Assembly: GCA_002269645.1 (NCBI GenBank) | Contig: NIVC01004438.1 | Coordinates: forward strand, 1-45,880 | Reading direction: 5' to 3' | Length of the DNA: 45,880 nt | Source of the DNA: Macrostomum lignano | Taxonomy: Eukaryota | Shown: positions 12,795 to 23,800 of the stretch, piece by piece | How positions within the stretch are numbered: position 1 is the stretch's first letter | Layout: each line of letters opens with the position of its first letter | Made by a program: the position numbers and the translations under genes | Notes under the pieces: generated by a model | Told to the model about the DNA's origin: nothing | Seen by the model: the letters and a program-made list of their open reading frames with translations, nothing else | The model's database searches: none

Positions 12795-13059
12795 CGCTGT
12801 TTATCCAGAGTAATTTAATAGTAGGTTTGAAGTAAAAAATTCATTCAAGACCATCGATATATTTAACGATTTCAGACTACATTTTGCAGACTAAATTTAG
12901 ATCACGTGCAAAGTTATTAAATACCGGTTCGTACACGTATATGCCTACTTAAAGTAGTTAAAAATCGCAAATAAATGTTTTTCATAACAGTATTGCTATG
13001 TTCTCTTCAAAATTTATTAGCATGGCTACATGTCCTGAAAGTCCATCCGTAATAAAAGA

Positions 13060-13317
13060 ATTCTAAAGCCGGAGCGAACCGAGAGATAAACAAAAGCAAC
13101 ACCGGAGATTTTTTGGACGCGCACTCCGCCGCAAACGCAACGAAACGAAGGAATGAAAAGAAAAGAAAGCGGGAAAAAATTGGCACAAACAGAACCCCGG
13201 GAGGAGCCGAGATTTTCTGCTTCCAGGTAAAGATTTTTGAGGGATGCCTGTTCAGAAGCTGTCAGTCAAGGCGGCGAGTCAGCTGGCGCTGCGAGAGGCG
13301 TCAACAACGAGGCAAAG
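13060..13317 (+). other. Putative non-coding 5' exon(s) of the Kv gene
   Basis: Strong donor-like sites CCAG|GTAAAG (13226/7) and AAAG|GTGAGG (13317/8). Acceptor-like sites just upstream of the ATG (cttttag at 14807, tag at 14810, ctctcag at 14859). The 5' boundary is a guess and there is no transcript evidence. Confidence 0.35.
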
Positions 13318-13475
13318 GTGAGGAAAGAAGGATGCAGAAATCGTGTTGTTTTGTTTAAATGGGACTATTTTTTCTAGTACAAGATTAGCCTCAGCCTGTC
13401 ATTTCATCATCAGCTTTTTCTTATTGATTCCAGCACCTTGTCACTCCTCGTTAAACTGACTTGCTGACTCGCCAA

Positions 13476-14040
13476 TTCACCAATTCTATCACCGTGTCTC
13501 AATCTATCAATTCTCCATTCACCAATTCTATCACCGTGTCTCAATCTATCAATTCTCCATTCACCAATTCTATCACCGTGTCTCAGTCTATCAATTCTCC
13601 ATTCACCAATTCTATCACCGTGTCTCAATCTATTAATTCTCCATTCACCAATTCTATCACCGTGTCTCAGTCTATCAATTCTCCATTCACCAATTCTATC
13701 ACCGTGTCTCAGTCTATCAATTCTCCATTCACCAATTCTATCACCGTGTCTCAATCTATTAATTCTCCATTCACCAATTCTATCACCGTGTCTCAATCTA
13801 TCAATTCTCCATTCACCGATTCTATCACCGTGTCTCAATCTATCAATTCTCCATTCACCAATTCTATCACCGTGTCTCAATCTATTAATTCTCCATTCAC
13901 CAATTCTATCACCGTGTCTCAATCTATTAATTCTCCATTCACCGATTCTATCACCGTGTCTCAATCTATTAATTCTCCATTCACCAATTCTATCACCGTG
14001 TCTCAATCTATCAATTCTCCATTCACCAATTCTATCACCG
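13476..14040. repeat. 42-bp minisatellite (TTCACCAATTCTATCACCGTGTCTCAATCTATCAATTCTCCA), about 13 units
   Basis: Visible tandem array; it explains the TNSITVSQSINSPF ORF. Confidence 0.97.
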
Positions 14041-14345
14041 CTGATTCACCAATTCCCGTTTCACAGTGTCTCTCCATTCACCAATTCCAGTTTCACAGTG
14101 TCTCACTCCGTTGGTTCTCTATTCACCAATTCCCGTTTCACAGTGTCTCTCCATTCACCAATTCCCGTTTCACAGTGTCTCTCCATTCACCAATTCCTGA
14201 TTCACAGTGTCTCTCCATTCACCAATTCCCGATTCACAGTGTCTCACTCCGTTGGTTCTCTATTCACCAATTCCCGTTTCACAGTGTCTCACTCCGTTGG
14301 TTCTCCATTCACCAATTTTTAGTTGATTATTCTCGATTCACCATT
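14041..14345. repeat. Related, more irregular minisatellite (TTCACCAATTCCCGTTTCACAGTGTCTCTCCA-type)
   Basis: Shares TTCACCAATTC...GTGTCTC...CTCCA with the adjacent 42-mer. Confidence 0.85.
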
Positions 14346-14860
14346 TAACAATCTGTATGCTACAGTTATGTATGAAATTCACTATTTATAGATATCTTCC
14401 GACACCGCTGATAAGCGGGTTCTTTGCTCGCAGAAATTTTCAAGCAACCCCCCTGCTGCACCAGAAGAGATCTCGGGATTCGGCCTTCCTTCACCCTGCC
14501 GTAATTAACTTGGAAAAGTCCGTGCCTCCGTGAAAGCCAAGCATGGCGTCCGGACAGCCTAGTTTTAATCAAGACACCGGCCTGGCACAGCATCCTCATA
14601 GGCAAACTTCGTGCTTGATCAGCACAGGTCAGTGTTATCAGTTTATCGTTTAAACAGCTGCCCAGTGAGCCTCTGCTCCAGTGCAGACGGACAGGAGTTT
14701 GAAAAGCGAAGCCAAGCCTCTGCTGGCCAATCACCGATTCCCTCGCTCCTTCTCCCCTCAGCAGGGAAGATAACCTAGCCAGGGGGGTGGGGGCTACCCT
14801 CTTTTAGTAGCAACAGCCGCTTTGCCTGTGTGCCGCAACTACGCAAGCAGCCCTCTCAGC

Positions 14861-15328
14861 ATGGCGGTGAATCCGGCAGACACCGTGACCATCACGGTTG
14901 GCGGCTGCAACTTCGTGACCCGCCGGGCCACTCTGTACCGGTTCCCGAACACCAGACTATACACGCAAATCGCGGCCGACGAGATGCAGAGGGATACGTA
15001 CTTTTTCGATCGGGATCCCGAGGTGTTCCGCTTCATCTTGGACTTCTATCGCACCGGCGAGTTGCACCTGCCGACCAACATTTGCGGCCCGTTCGTGCGC
15101 AAGGAGCTCATCTTCTGGGGCATCTACGAGAGCAGCATCTGGCCCTGCTGCCTGCCGCACTACATGCGCTTCGACGAGGAGAAGCGGACGAAGAACACGC
15201 TGTTCAAGGACTGCTTCGAGGACATCCAGCCGATGCAGTCTCTGGTCGGGTGCAGCCGCGGCATTCGCCGGTTGCGCTACCAGCTATGGCTGTTCCTCGA
15301 TTATCCAACCTCCTCTCTGCCGGCCAAG
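14861..15328 (+). CDS. Kv channel coding exon 1: T1/BTB tetramerisation domain and T1-S1 linker
   Basis: ATG at 14861. The translation contains YFFDRDPEVFRFILDFYRTGELHLPTNICGP...ELIFWGI...PCC, including the HX5CX20CC zinc motif of non-Shaker Kv T1 domains, and ends LWLFLDYPTSSLPAK. Donor is AAG|GTGAGC at 15328/15329. Confidence 0.93.
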
Positions 15329-15729
15329 GTGAGCGAATTTATCCGGTTGCTTTTAGCAGACAGAAATTGCTACTCAGATCGCAGGCTGCTGCTGCTGCTA
15401 ACTCGCTACTTTTCCATGCCCTGTCCTGCCTTAAAAATGAAATCTAACAATCTATTTTCACCAGACCTTGAGACATTGCATTTGTTCAGAACTCCATTAG
15501 TTTGAGTGATGAAACCTTGAGAGCAAGGAAAGTGGTTATTATCAAGAACAATAAACTGGTTCATAATTCTTAAATAAATTTCAGTTTAGGGCAAGGCCAA
15601 GGGTTGGGGTCTATTGTTAGGGCCAACAATCACTCAATTTTCATTTACCTGCTAAAAATAATTATTGTTCTGATTATCAACAGCTTTATGGCAGGCAGCA
15701 ATAGATGAGCGAAAATCTTTGAGACCTGT

Positions 15730-16441
15730 TGCAGGGACTCCAATTTCCCGACCTTTTTTTACCATCCCGGGATTCTCGGGATGTCAATTTCCTGGACTTT
15801 TATAATACCGGGATTTTCAAATCCAGTAGTAACGGTGTTTTTTCTAATCCCGGGTCCTAGCGATCCCGGAAAATATTTAATCCTTTTTTATTTAATCCCA
15901 GAATTTAAAACCCGGGATTTTGTCTCGGGATCCCGGAACTGAAAACGCGGGATTTTGTCTCAGGATCTCGGAACTGAAAATATGAAGATTTTGTCCCGGG
16001 ATCCCTGGATTGGAAACCCGGGTTTTTGTCCCGGGATCCCTGGATTGGAAAGTCGGATTTTTGTCCCGGAATCCCTGGATTGGAAACCCGTTATTTTGTC
16101 CCGGAATCCCTGGATTGGAAACCTAGGATTTTGTCCCGGAATCCCTGGATTGGAAACCCGGGGTTTTGTCCCGGAATCCCTGGATTGGAAACCCGTTATT
16201 TTGTCCCGGAATCCCTGGATTGGAAACCTAGGATTTTGTCCCGGAATCCCTGGATTGGAAACCTAGGATTTTGTCCCGGAATCCCTGGATTGGAAACCCG
16301 GGGTTTTGTCCCGGAATCCCTGGATTGGAAACCTAGGATTTTGTCCCGGAATCCCTGGATTGGAAACCCGGGGTTTTGTCCCGGGATCCCTGGTTTGTAA
16401 ACCCGAGATACTGTCCCAAGATCCTGGGCTTGCATTCCCTA
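15730..16441. repeat. 35-bp tandem array (TTTGTCCCGGAATCCCTGGATTGGAAACC...) within a CCCGGG-rich, possibly MITE-like element
   Basis: Regular 35-bp period from ~16000 to 16400, with degenerate copies on both sides. TIRs are only weakly suggested. Confidence 0.8.
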
Positions 16442-19400
16442 GCCAATCCCTATGATTGATGGCTCTGCTCTACCGAGTTTCTGTTGATGCAGACATCCAT
16501 CTGTGTACTGAGAACAGAGTTTGGAACGGAGAATTCCGAATGGAGCTGAGAGAGACTTAGGGGGGGGGGGTGGGGCACAAATTAATTCCAAATCAGTTTG
16601 GCTCTCATCTCTAGCCGAGAGCGCGAGATGCGAAGGCAGTATGCGAAAACAGAGTATTTGCCGTGCCCGCATGCATAATTCAGACAAAGTTCAGCAGCTT
16701 TTCACTGACGATTGCAGCTCCCCCCCAGTTGCGCGACTCGAAAATGCTGCGCTTTCCCTGGAATCAAAAATTCCCCCGTCCCCCCCGGGGAATCGGCATC
16801 CCTAACTAAGCCATTCGTTTCCCTTCTCCCCTCTCGCCTCCCGTCCCCCGCTCGATCAAGCCGAGCTCCGACAGTTGCAAATCTCCCCAATAGAGAAAAT
16901 TTGCTTCCGCCAAGATCTGCAGCAGCAGGTGATGATCCCGAGATCAAATGTTGTTGGCGGTCTGCCCCGGGGGCTGTGGATCCCAAGGAACATTTCTGCG
17001 CAGTTGACAATAATAAATATATTATTAATAATTCCTCAAGCAGTCAATTGACCCACCGAGAGTTTGGACTCATCTGATTTCCTATTTGAGTGAGTTTCAT
17101 TGCCTTTCTGGGCAGCCTTTCACGTGTTTTGCTGACAAAAAAGAACTGTTCTGTTAAAATCGGGGGCACGCATCTTAGCTGATTCGGATGCTGAGGAATG
17201 AGAATGATGACGCTAGTCCAGCCTCCTGTGGGAGTAGACTGAGCAGCAGTTGGTCGGCTGAATTCTGAGATAAAAAAATATTCAATAAAAATATCTAGAA
17301 AACTGGCAATAAATTTATTTGCATTATGATCTAGCATCAAATGGTGCGTTTTCAACAGTGAAAATCTGCAAGTTTACGCTCGAATTTCGCTCGATTCCGC
17401 GATGTTCGACCCCGGTTTCGATTTCGAAGCTCAATAAAGCAATCAGGAAAATGGGGAACTTTCTGGAAGACAATTAGCGGGATCCAGTGAGCGGAACTGA
17501 ATGATATTGGCTGCAATCGAAATGCGAGAACGCGATGATTGCAGTGGGAAATTCTCCCAGCCGACAGATGCTCCGCACCGGTGCCTGCTCACACAGTTTC
17601 TTTGAGTGCAGTTTCTACTCAAAAGAAAATTGCCTCTCAGAAACAAAAGTAGCGCTTGCTCAGATTTTGCTACTGGCTGCGAGGAGCTTGGAGAGAGTGA
17701 GTCTTGCTTTCAAGCAAGTCAATGGACTCCAGATGCTGCTGCAGCGGCAGAAGGAAGCAGCTGGATCGACCAGCATGCGCGCTTCGTGCAGTTTTCTGCG
17801 CCAGCTAGAGGGAAGCGAAATTGACGAAATTAGTTTGGCGGCTCAGACCGGGAAGATAAAAGAGGGAACGCGTGTAGTAAAAAGAGCACACAGGGGCCGC
17901 GCCCTCCCGTAACGGGATTCGGGTTGCATCGATTTTTAATTCGAAATCGGATCGAGCGCTCTCCGGTCTCCGGGAGGGGGCCAGCTATAAAAGACAGAAA
18001 TGTTACACTGAAGAATTGTGGAAAGTTTAGACCAAAATTGTCTGGGACTTCTGGGGCAGAAAATTCATCAGGAATTCGCGTGTTGTGTAAGAAAGTAGGG
18101 GCTTTTTGGCAGTGGAAGTGGGATCTGGGGGCATTCGATTTTTAATTTTCATTCAAGCAAGTTGGTTGAGGTGCCTGCTGTGGCTCCTCTGTAGTTCGAG
18201 GCTCTCTGGAAGAATCCTTCGAGCCAAAATCTCTTGCCTTGCCTTTCAATACAGGCCCTAGCGACGGCATGGATGTGACTGTCTCCGCTCTCTCCTTCAC
18301 TTTCACTCTCAGCTCACTCCGCCACCCCCCTTACCCAACGCGTCAGCCAGTGGCCGGGGAATCCCCGGGTCAACAGCTGAAGCAAATGCTGGTAATGAGG
18401 AGTCTCGCGCGGTAATTGAATTGCGGCCCCGCTGCCCGCCCACCGGCCTAACTATCCCGATCCGCCAGTGGCAGGGGGCTGCCCAGATGGACGCCTTATT
18501 GAACATGACACTGAGACACTCCCGATCCACCGTTCCTCAGCTACAATCCCTGCGCCGCGCTGCAGGCTGACTCCTGTTCGCAGCCCCAAGGAAAAGTGCA
18601 CTCGAACGAGCCTTAACGGAGGCTGGTATCGCTATTGGAATTACTTTACTCCCTTCGTTGCCTCTTTCGCCTCGGGGGCTGGAAGAGAGGGAGCTGGCGA
18701 GGCATCTCAGACCGGCTTTTGGGACAAGGAAACAGAGATGGCGCAAGCAAGAGTTTGCATGCATTTATTACCAAAGATGCGCCCCTACCCAGCTGCATTG
18801 CCTCGGCTCGCGTTTTCATGCGTGCGCAAGTTTGCAAATTGCCAATGTGTGTCTGTTTGCGCGTGTTAGAGATGCAAGGACACAAGCATACCGAGCAGAC
18901 AGAGCTGCTTTTGTCCTATTTAGCCATACGAGTAAAATTTAGCTTGGCTACTGCTGCTCCGTAACCATTTAGCTCGTCCATCCGCCCAACACCAACTTAG
19001 ATGCTTTTTGTCCTCGCATTCACTGGTAATGAGGAATTTGGCTCTTTTATCGGCTGCTTGCTTGCGTGGCATGGTAACTTTTTCTTTTAGCCAAGCTGTA
19101 ATTGCAGCGGGAAGCTCAGGTCAAGCCATTCGGTCGGGCCCCAGGTGCACTTCACACCAAGAAGCTCATCCGTCCTTATTTACCTTCAATCTTCCGGTTG
19201 ACTTCTCTGTTGTAACTAAGGCTCTCCATCTTTCTCCGGCAGTCAGGCCGCTATCTATTAGAACAGTTAGTTGGGCGGTAACACGAGAACCGGTAAAGAG
19301 GTTGCGGTCTGGACCAAAGTGCCAAACAGTGTCCTACCTGGTCACCTTAACTCCACCTTTCACTCTGCGACAACGCACGCAAATCTATATAGAGTTGGTT

Positions 19401-19669
19401 CCTTTTCGAAATAGCAAGTCAGTATTCAAAAGAAGCAAACGTTGACTCGCATTTAAAGCTGTTTTTGTCACAGAATATTCTTCTGTGGTTTTTGTTGGTC
19501 AGTCGACGCCACAAATACTAAAATAACTAGATGGGCCACTCAGGGCATATACGTCGTATATTCTTAGTAAAACAGCTTTCTAATTTCAATTCAGTAGCAA
19601 AGAAGAATACATAAGCTATTTTGTAAAAAGGCAGCTGAAATAACTTTGATAGGTTTAGAAGCCCACTAG

Positions 19670-20860
19670 CAATCTACGCCCCCCGTTGGGGAGCCAAAGA
19701 AATGCAATACACGTTTTTTAATAAGCTACATATATCCTTGAAATCTTAAAAAATCTCCTGTCAAACCTTGTAAGCCTTGACATGTCAATAATTCCCCCCC
19801 ACAAGCTTTAACACATCAACTTCCCCCCTTGACATCTCAGCAATGCCCCCAATAAGCCTTGGAAATCAAAAATATCTGTCAACCTTCTAACCCTAACCCT
19901 AGCCTAACCCTAACCCTAACCCTAACCCTAACCCTAACCCTAACCCTAACCTAACTCTAAAGCATTGAAATTTCAGTAATTCTCTTTAAGAGTCATTATA
20001 GCACTACTACAGCATTATAGCGATTCCCTGCAAGCCTCGACATCGTAGGGATTCCCAAATGAATCTCTTAACTTCGACATGAAGCTTCTTTTATTTTTTA
20101 CATTACGCTTTTTTTATCAGCGATCCCTCCCCTGAGGAGGCATCAAATAATGCAATAAAAAGTTTTCAATAAACTACATGTAGCTTCTGGCTTTAGCCTT
20201 GAAATTTCATTTATACCCCCGTGAGCCTTGACATCTCAGCTATTCCCCCCGTAAGCCTTAACATGTCAGCGATGGCCCCCATAAACCTTGAAATCTAAAA
20301 AATCCCCTGTTATTCTGTTAACCTTGAAACCCGATAAAATCTAACCCTCAACCCACACCTGACCTAAACCTAACTTTAACCCAACCTAAAGCCTTGAAAT
20401 CTCAGCAATTCTTCTCCCCTAAGCCTTGACATTTTAGTGATTCCTTCTTTAAGAATCACAGAACTATAACGATTTCCACCTAGCTTTGACATCGTAGCAA
20501 TTCCCAAATGAATCTTTTAACTTCGACATGACTTTTCTTTTATGTATACGTAGTGCTACTTTTATTTTTTACATGACTCTTCTTCTATCAGCGTCCCCCC
20601 CCCGTGGCGAGCCAACAAAGAATGCAATAAAAAAATTGAGTAAAGTACATGAACTTTGAAGTAGCTTCTGACTTTTGCTTTGACATCTCAGAACCCCCCC
20701 CCCGTAATCTCAGTTATTCTCTGAGAGCCTTGACGTCTCAGTTTTTCTCCCCACCACAGCATTATAGCTGCATTTATTTTTACATGACACCCTTCATGTC
20801 TGACATGACGCTTCTTTTATTGTACCATGATGCTTCTTAATTTTTTAAATGACACTCATT
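19670..20860. repeat. Degenerate ~460-bp tandem repeat (2 full copies plus 1 partial) with an internal ~30-bp AGCCTTGACATCTCAGC subrepeat
   Basis: Shared landmarks: CCCC...GAGCCAA..AATGCAATA at ~19680, ~20125 and ~20595; TTCCCAAATGAATCT.TTAACTTCGACATGA at ~20052 and ~20501. Confidence 0.7.
19887..19960. repeat. Interstitial telomere-like (CCCTAA)n tract
   Basis: Seven perfect consecutive CCCTAA units (19908-19949) plus degenerate flanks. Confidence 0.85.
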
Positions 20861-23800
20861 AGTTTTTAAATGAGGCTTCTATGATTTTTTCTTGACGCTT
20901 CTATGATTTTTAAATGACGCTTCTATGATTTTTTACATGACGCTTCAATGATTTTTATATGACGCTTCTATGATTGTTTACATGACGCTTCAATGATTTT
21001 TTAAATGACGCTTCTATGATGTTTATATGACGCTTCTACGATTTTTTACATGACGCTTCTATGATTGTTTACATGACGCTTCTATGACTTTTTACATGAC
21101 GCTTCTACGATTTTTTACGTGACGCTTCTATGATTGTTTACATGACGCTTCTATGATTTTTTACATGACGCTTCTATGATTCATTACATGACGCTTCTAT
21201 GATTTTTTACATGACGCTTCTATGATTCATTACATGACGGTTCTATGATTTTTTACATGACGCTTCTATGATTCATTACATGACGCTTCTATGATTTTTT
21301 ACATGACGCTTCTATGATTGTTTACATGACGCTTCTATGATTTTTATATGACGCTTCTACGATTTTTTACATGGTGCTTCTATGATTTTTTACATGACGC
21401 TTCTATGATTTTTTACATGACGCTTCTATGATTTTTTACATGACGCTTCTATGATTTTTATATGACGCTTCTACGATTTTTTACATGGTGCTTCTATGAT
21501 TTTTTACATGACGCTTCTATGATTGTTTACATGACGCTTCTATGAATTTTTACATGACGCTTCTATGATTTTTAATGAGGCTTCTATGATTTTTTACATG
21601 ACGCTTCTATGATTTTTATATGACGCTTCTATGATTTTATATGACGCTTCTACGATTTTTTACATGGCGCTTCTATGATTGTTTACATGACGCTTCTATG
21701 ATTTTTAAATGAGGCTTGTATTATTTTTTACTTGACGCTTCTATGATTGTTTACATGACGCTTCTATGATTGTTTACATGACGCTTCTTTGATTGTTTAC
21801 ATGACGCTTCTATGATTGTTTACATGACGCTTCTATGATTTTTTACATGACGCTTCTATGATTTTTACATGACGCTTCTATGATTGTTTACATGACGCTT
21901 CTATGATTTTTTACATGACGCTTCTATGATTTTTACATGACGCTTCTATGATTGTTTACATGACGCTTCTATGATTTTTTACATGACGCTTCTATGATTT
22001 TTAAATGACGCTTCTATGATTTTTTCATGACGCTGCTACGATTTTTTACATGACGCTTCTATGATTGTTTACATCACGCTTTTGTGATTTTTACATGACG
22101 CTTCTATGATTTTTAAAATGACGCTTCTATGATTGTTTACATGACGCTTCTATGATTGTTTACATGACGCTTCTACGATTTTTTACATGGTGCTTCTATG
22201 ATTTTTTACATGACGCTTCTATGATTGTTTACATGACGCTTCTATGAATTTTTACATGACGCTTCTATGATTTTTAAATGAGGCTTCTATGATTTTTACA
22301 TGACGCTTCTATGACTTTTAAATGAGGCTTCTATGATTTTTTACATGACGCTTCTATGATTTTTTAAATGACGCTTCTATGATTGTTTACATCACGCTTT
22401 TGTGATTTTTACATGACGCTTCTATGATTTTTAAAATGACGCTTCTATGATTGTTTACATGACGCTTCTATGATTGTTTACATGACGCTTCTATAATTTT
22501 TTTAAATGACGCTTCTATGATTTTTTACATGACGCTTCTATGATTGTTTACATGACGCTTCTAGGATTTTTGACATGACGCTTCTATGATTGTTTACATG
22601 ACGCTTCTATGAATTTTTACAAGACGCTTCTATGATTTTTTAAATGACGCTTCTATGATTGTTTACATGACGCTTCTATGACTGTTTACATGACGCTTCA
22701 ATGATTTTTTTAAATGACGCTTCTATGATTTTTATATGACGCTTCTACGATTTTTTACATGACGCTTCCATGATTGTTTACATGACGCTTCTATGACTTT
22801 TTACATGACGCTTCTACGATTTTTTACGTGACGCTTCTATGATTGTCTACATGACGCTTCTATGATTTTTTACATGACGCTTCTATGATTGTTTACATGA
22901 CGCTTCTATGATTCATTACATGACGGTTCTATGATTTTTTACATGACGCTTCTATGATTCATTACAGGACGCTTCTATGATTTTTTACATGACGCTTCTA
23001 TGATTGTTTACATGACGCTTCTATGATTTTTATATGACGCTTCTACGATTTTTTACATGGTGCTTCTATGATTTTTTACATGACGCTTCTATGATTTTTC
23101 ACATGACGCTTCTATGATTTTTTACATGACGCTTCTATGATTTTTATATGACGCTTCTACGATTTTTTACATGGTGCTTCTATGATTTTTTACATGACGC
23201 TTCTATGATTGTTTACATGACGCTTCTATGATTTTTACATGACGCTTCTATGATTTTTAATGACGCTTCTATGATTTTTTACATGACGCTTCTATGATTT
23301 TTATATGACGCTTCTATGATTTTATATGACGCTTCTACGATTTTTTACATGGCGCTTCTATGATTGTTTACATGACGCTTCTATGATTTTTAATGACGCT
23401 TGTATTATTTTTTACTGACGCTTCTATGATTGTTTACATGACGCTTCTATGATTGTTTACATGACGCTTCTTGATTGTTTACATGACGCTTCTATGATTG
23501 TTTACATGACGCTTCTATGATTTTTTACATGACGCTTTTATGATTTTTTACATGACGCTTCTATGATTGTTTACATGACGCTTCTATGATTTTTACATGA
23601 CGCTTCTATGATTTTTAATGACGCTTCTATGATTTTTTACATGACGCTTCTATGATTTTTATATGACGCTTCTATGATTTTATATGACGCTTCTACGATT
23701 TTTTACATGGCGCTTCTATGATTGTTTACATGACGCTTCTATGATTTTTAAATGACGCTTCTATTATTTTTTACATGACGCTTCTATGATTGTTTACATG

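Noticed and set aside
15329-15505. ORF-track extensions of Kv exons (VSEFIRLL... after exon 1; EPSSAC... 36651-36712; TTG/GTG starts at 14822 and 43002)
   Set aside because: These are read-through into introns. Homology stops exactly at consensus GT/AG sites.
16440-19450. Nested gene in the GC-richer part of intron 1 (many 60-145 aa ORFs)
   Set aside because: The ORFs overlap on both strands, contain no recognisable domain, and I could not build a consistent exon chain.
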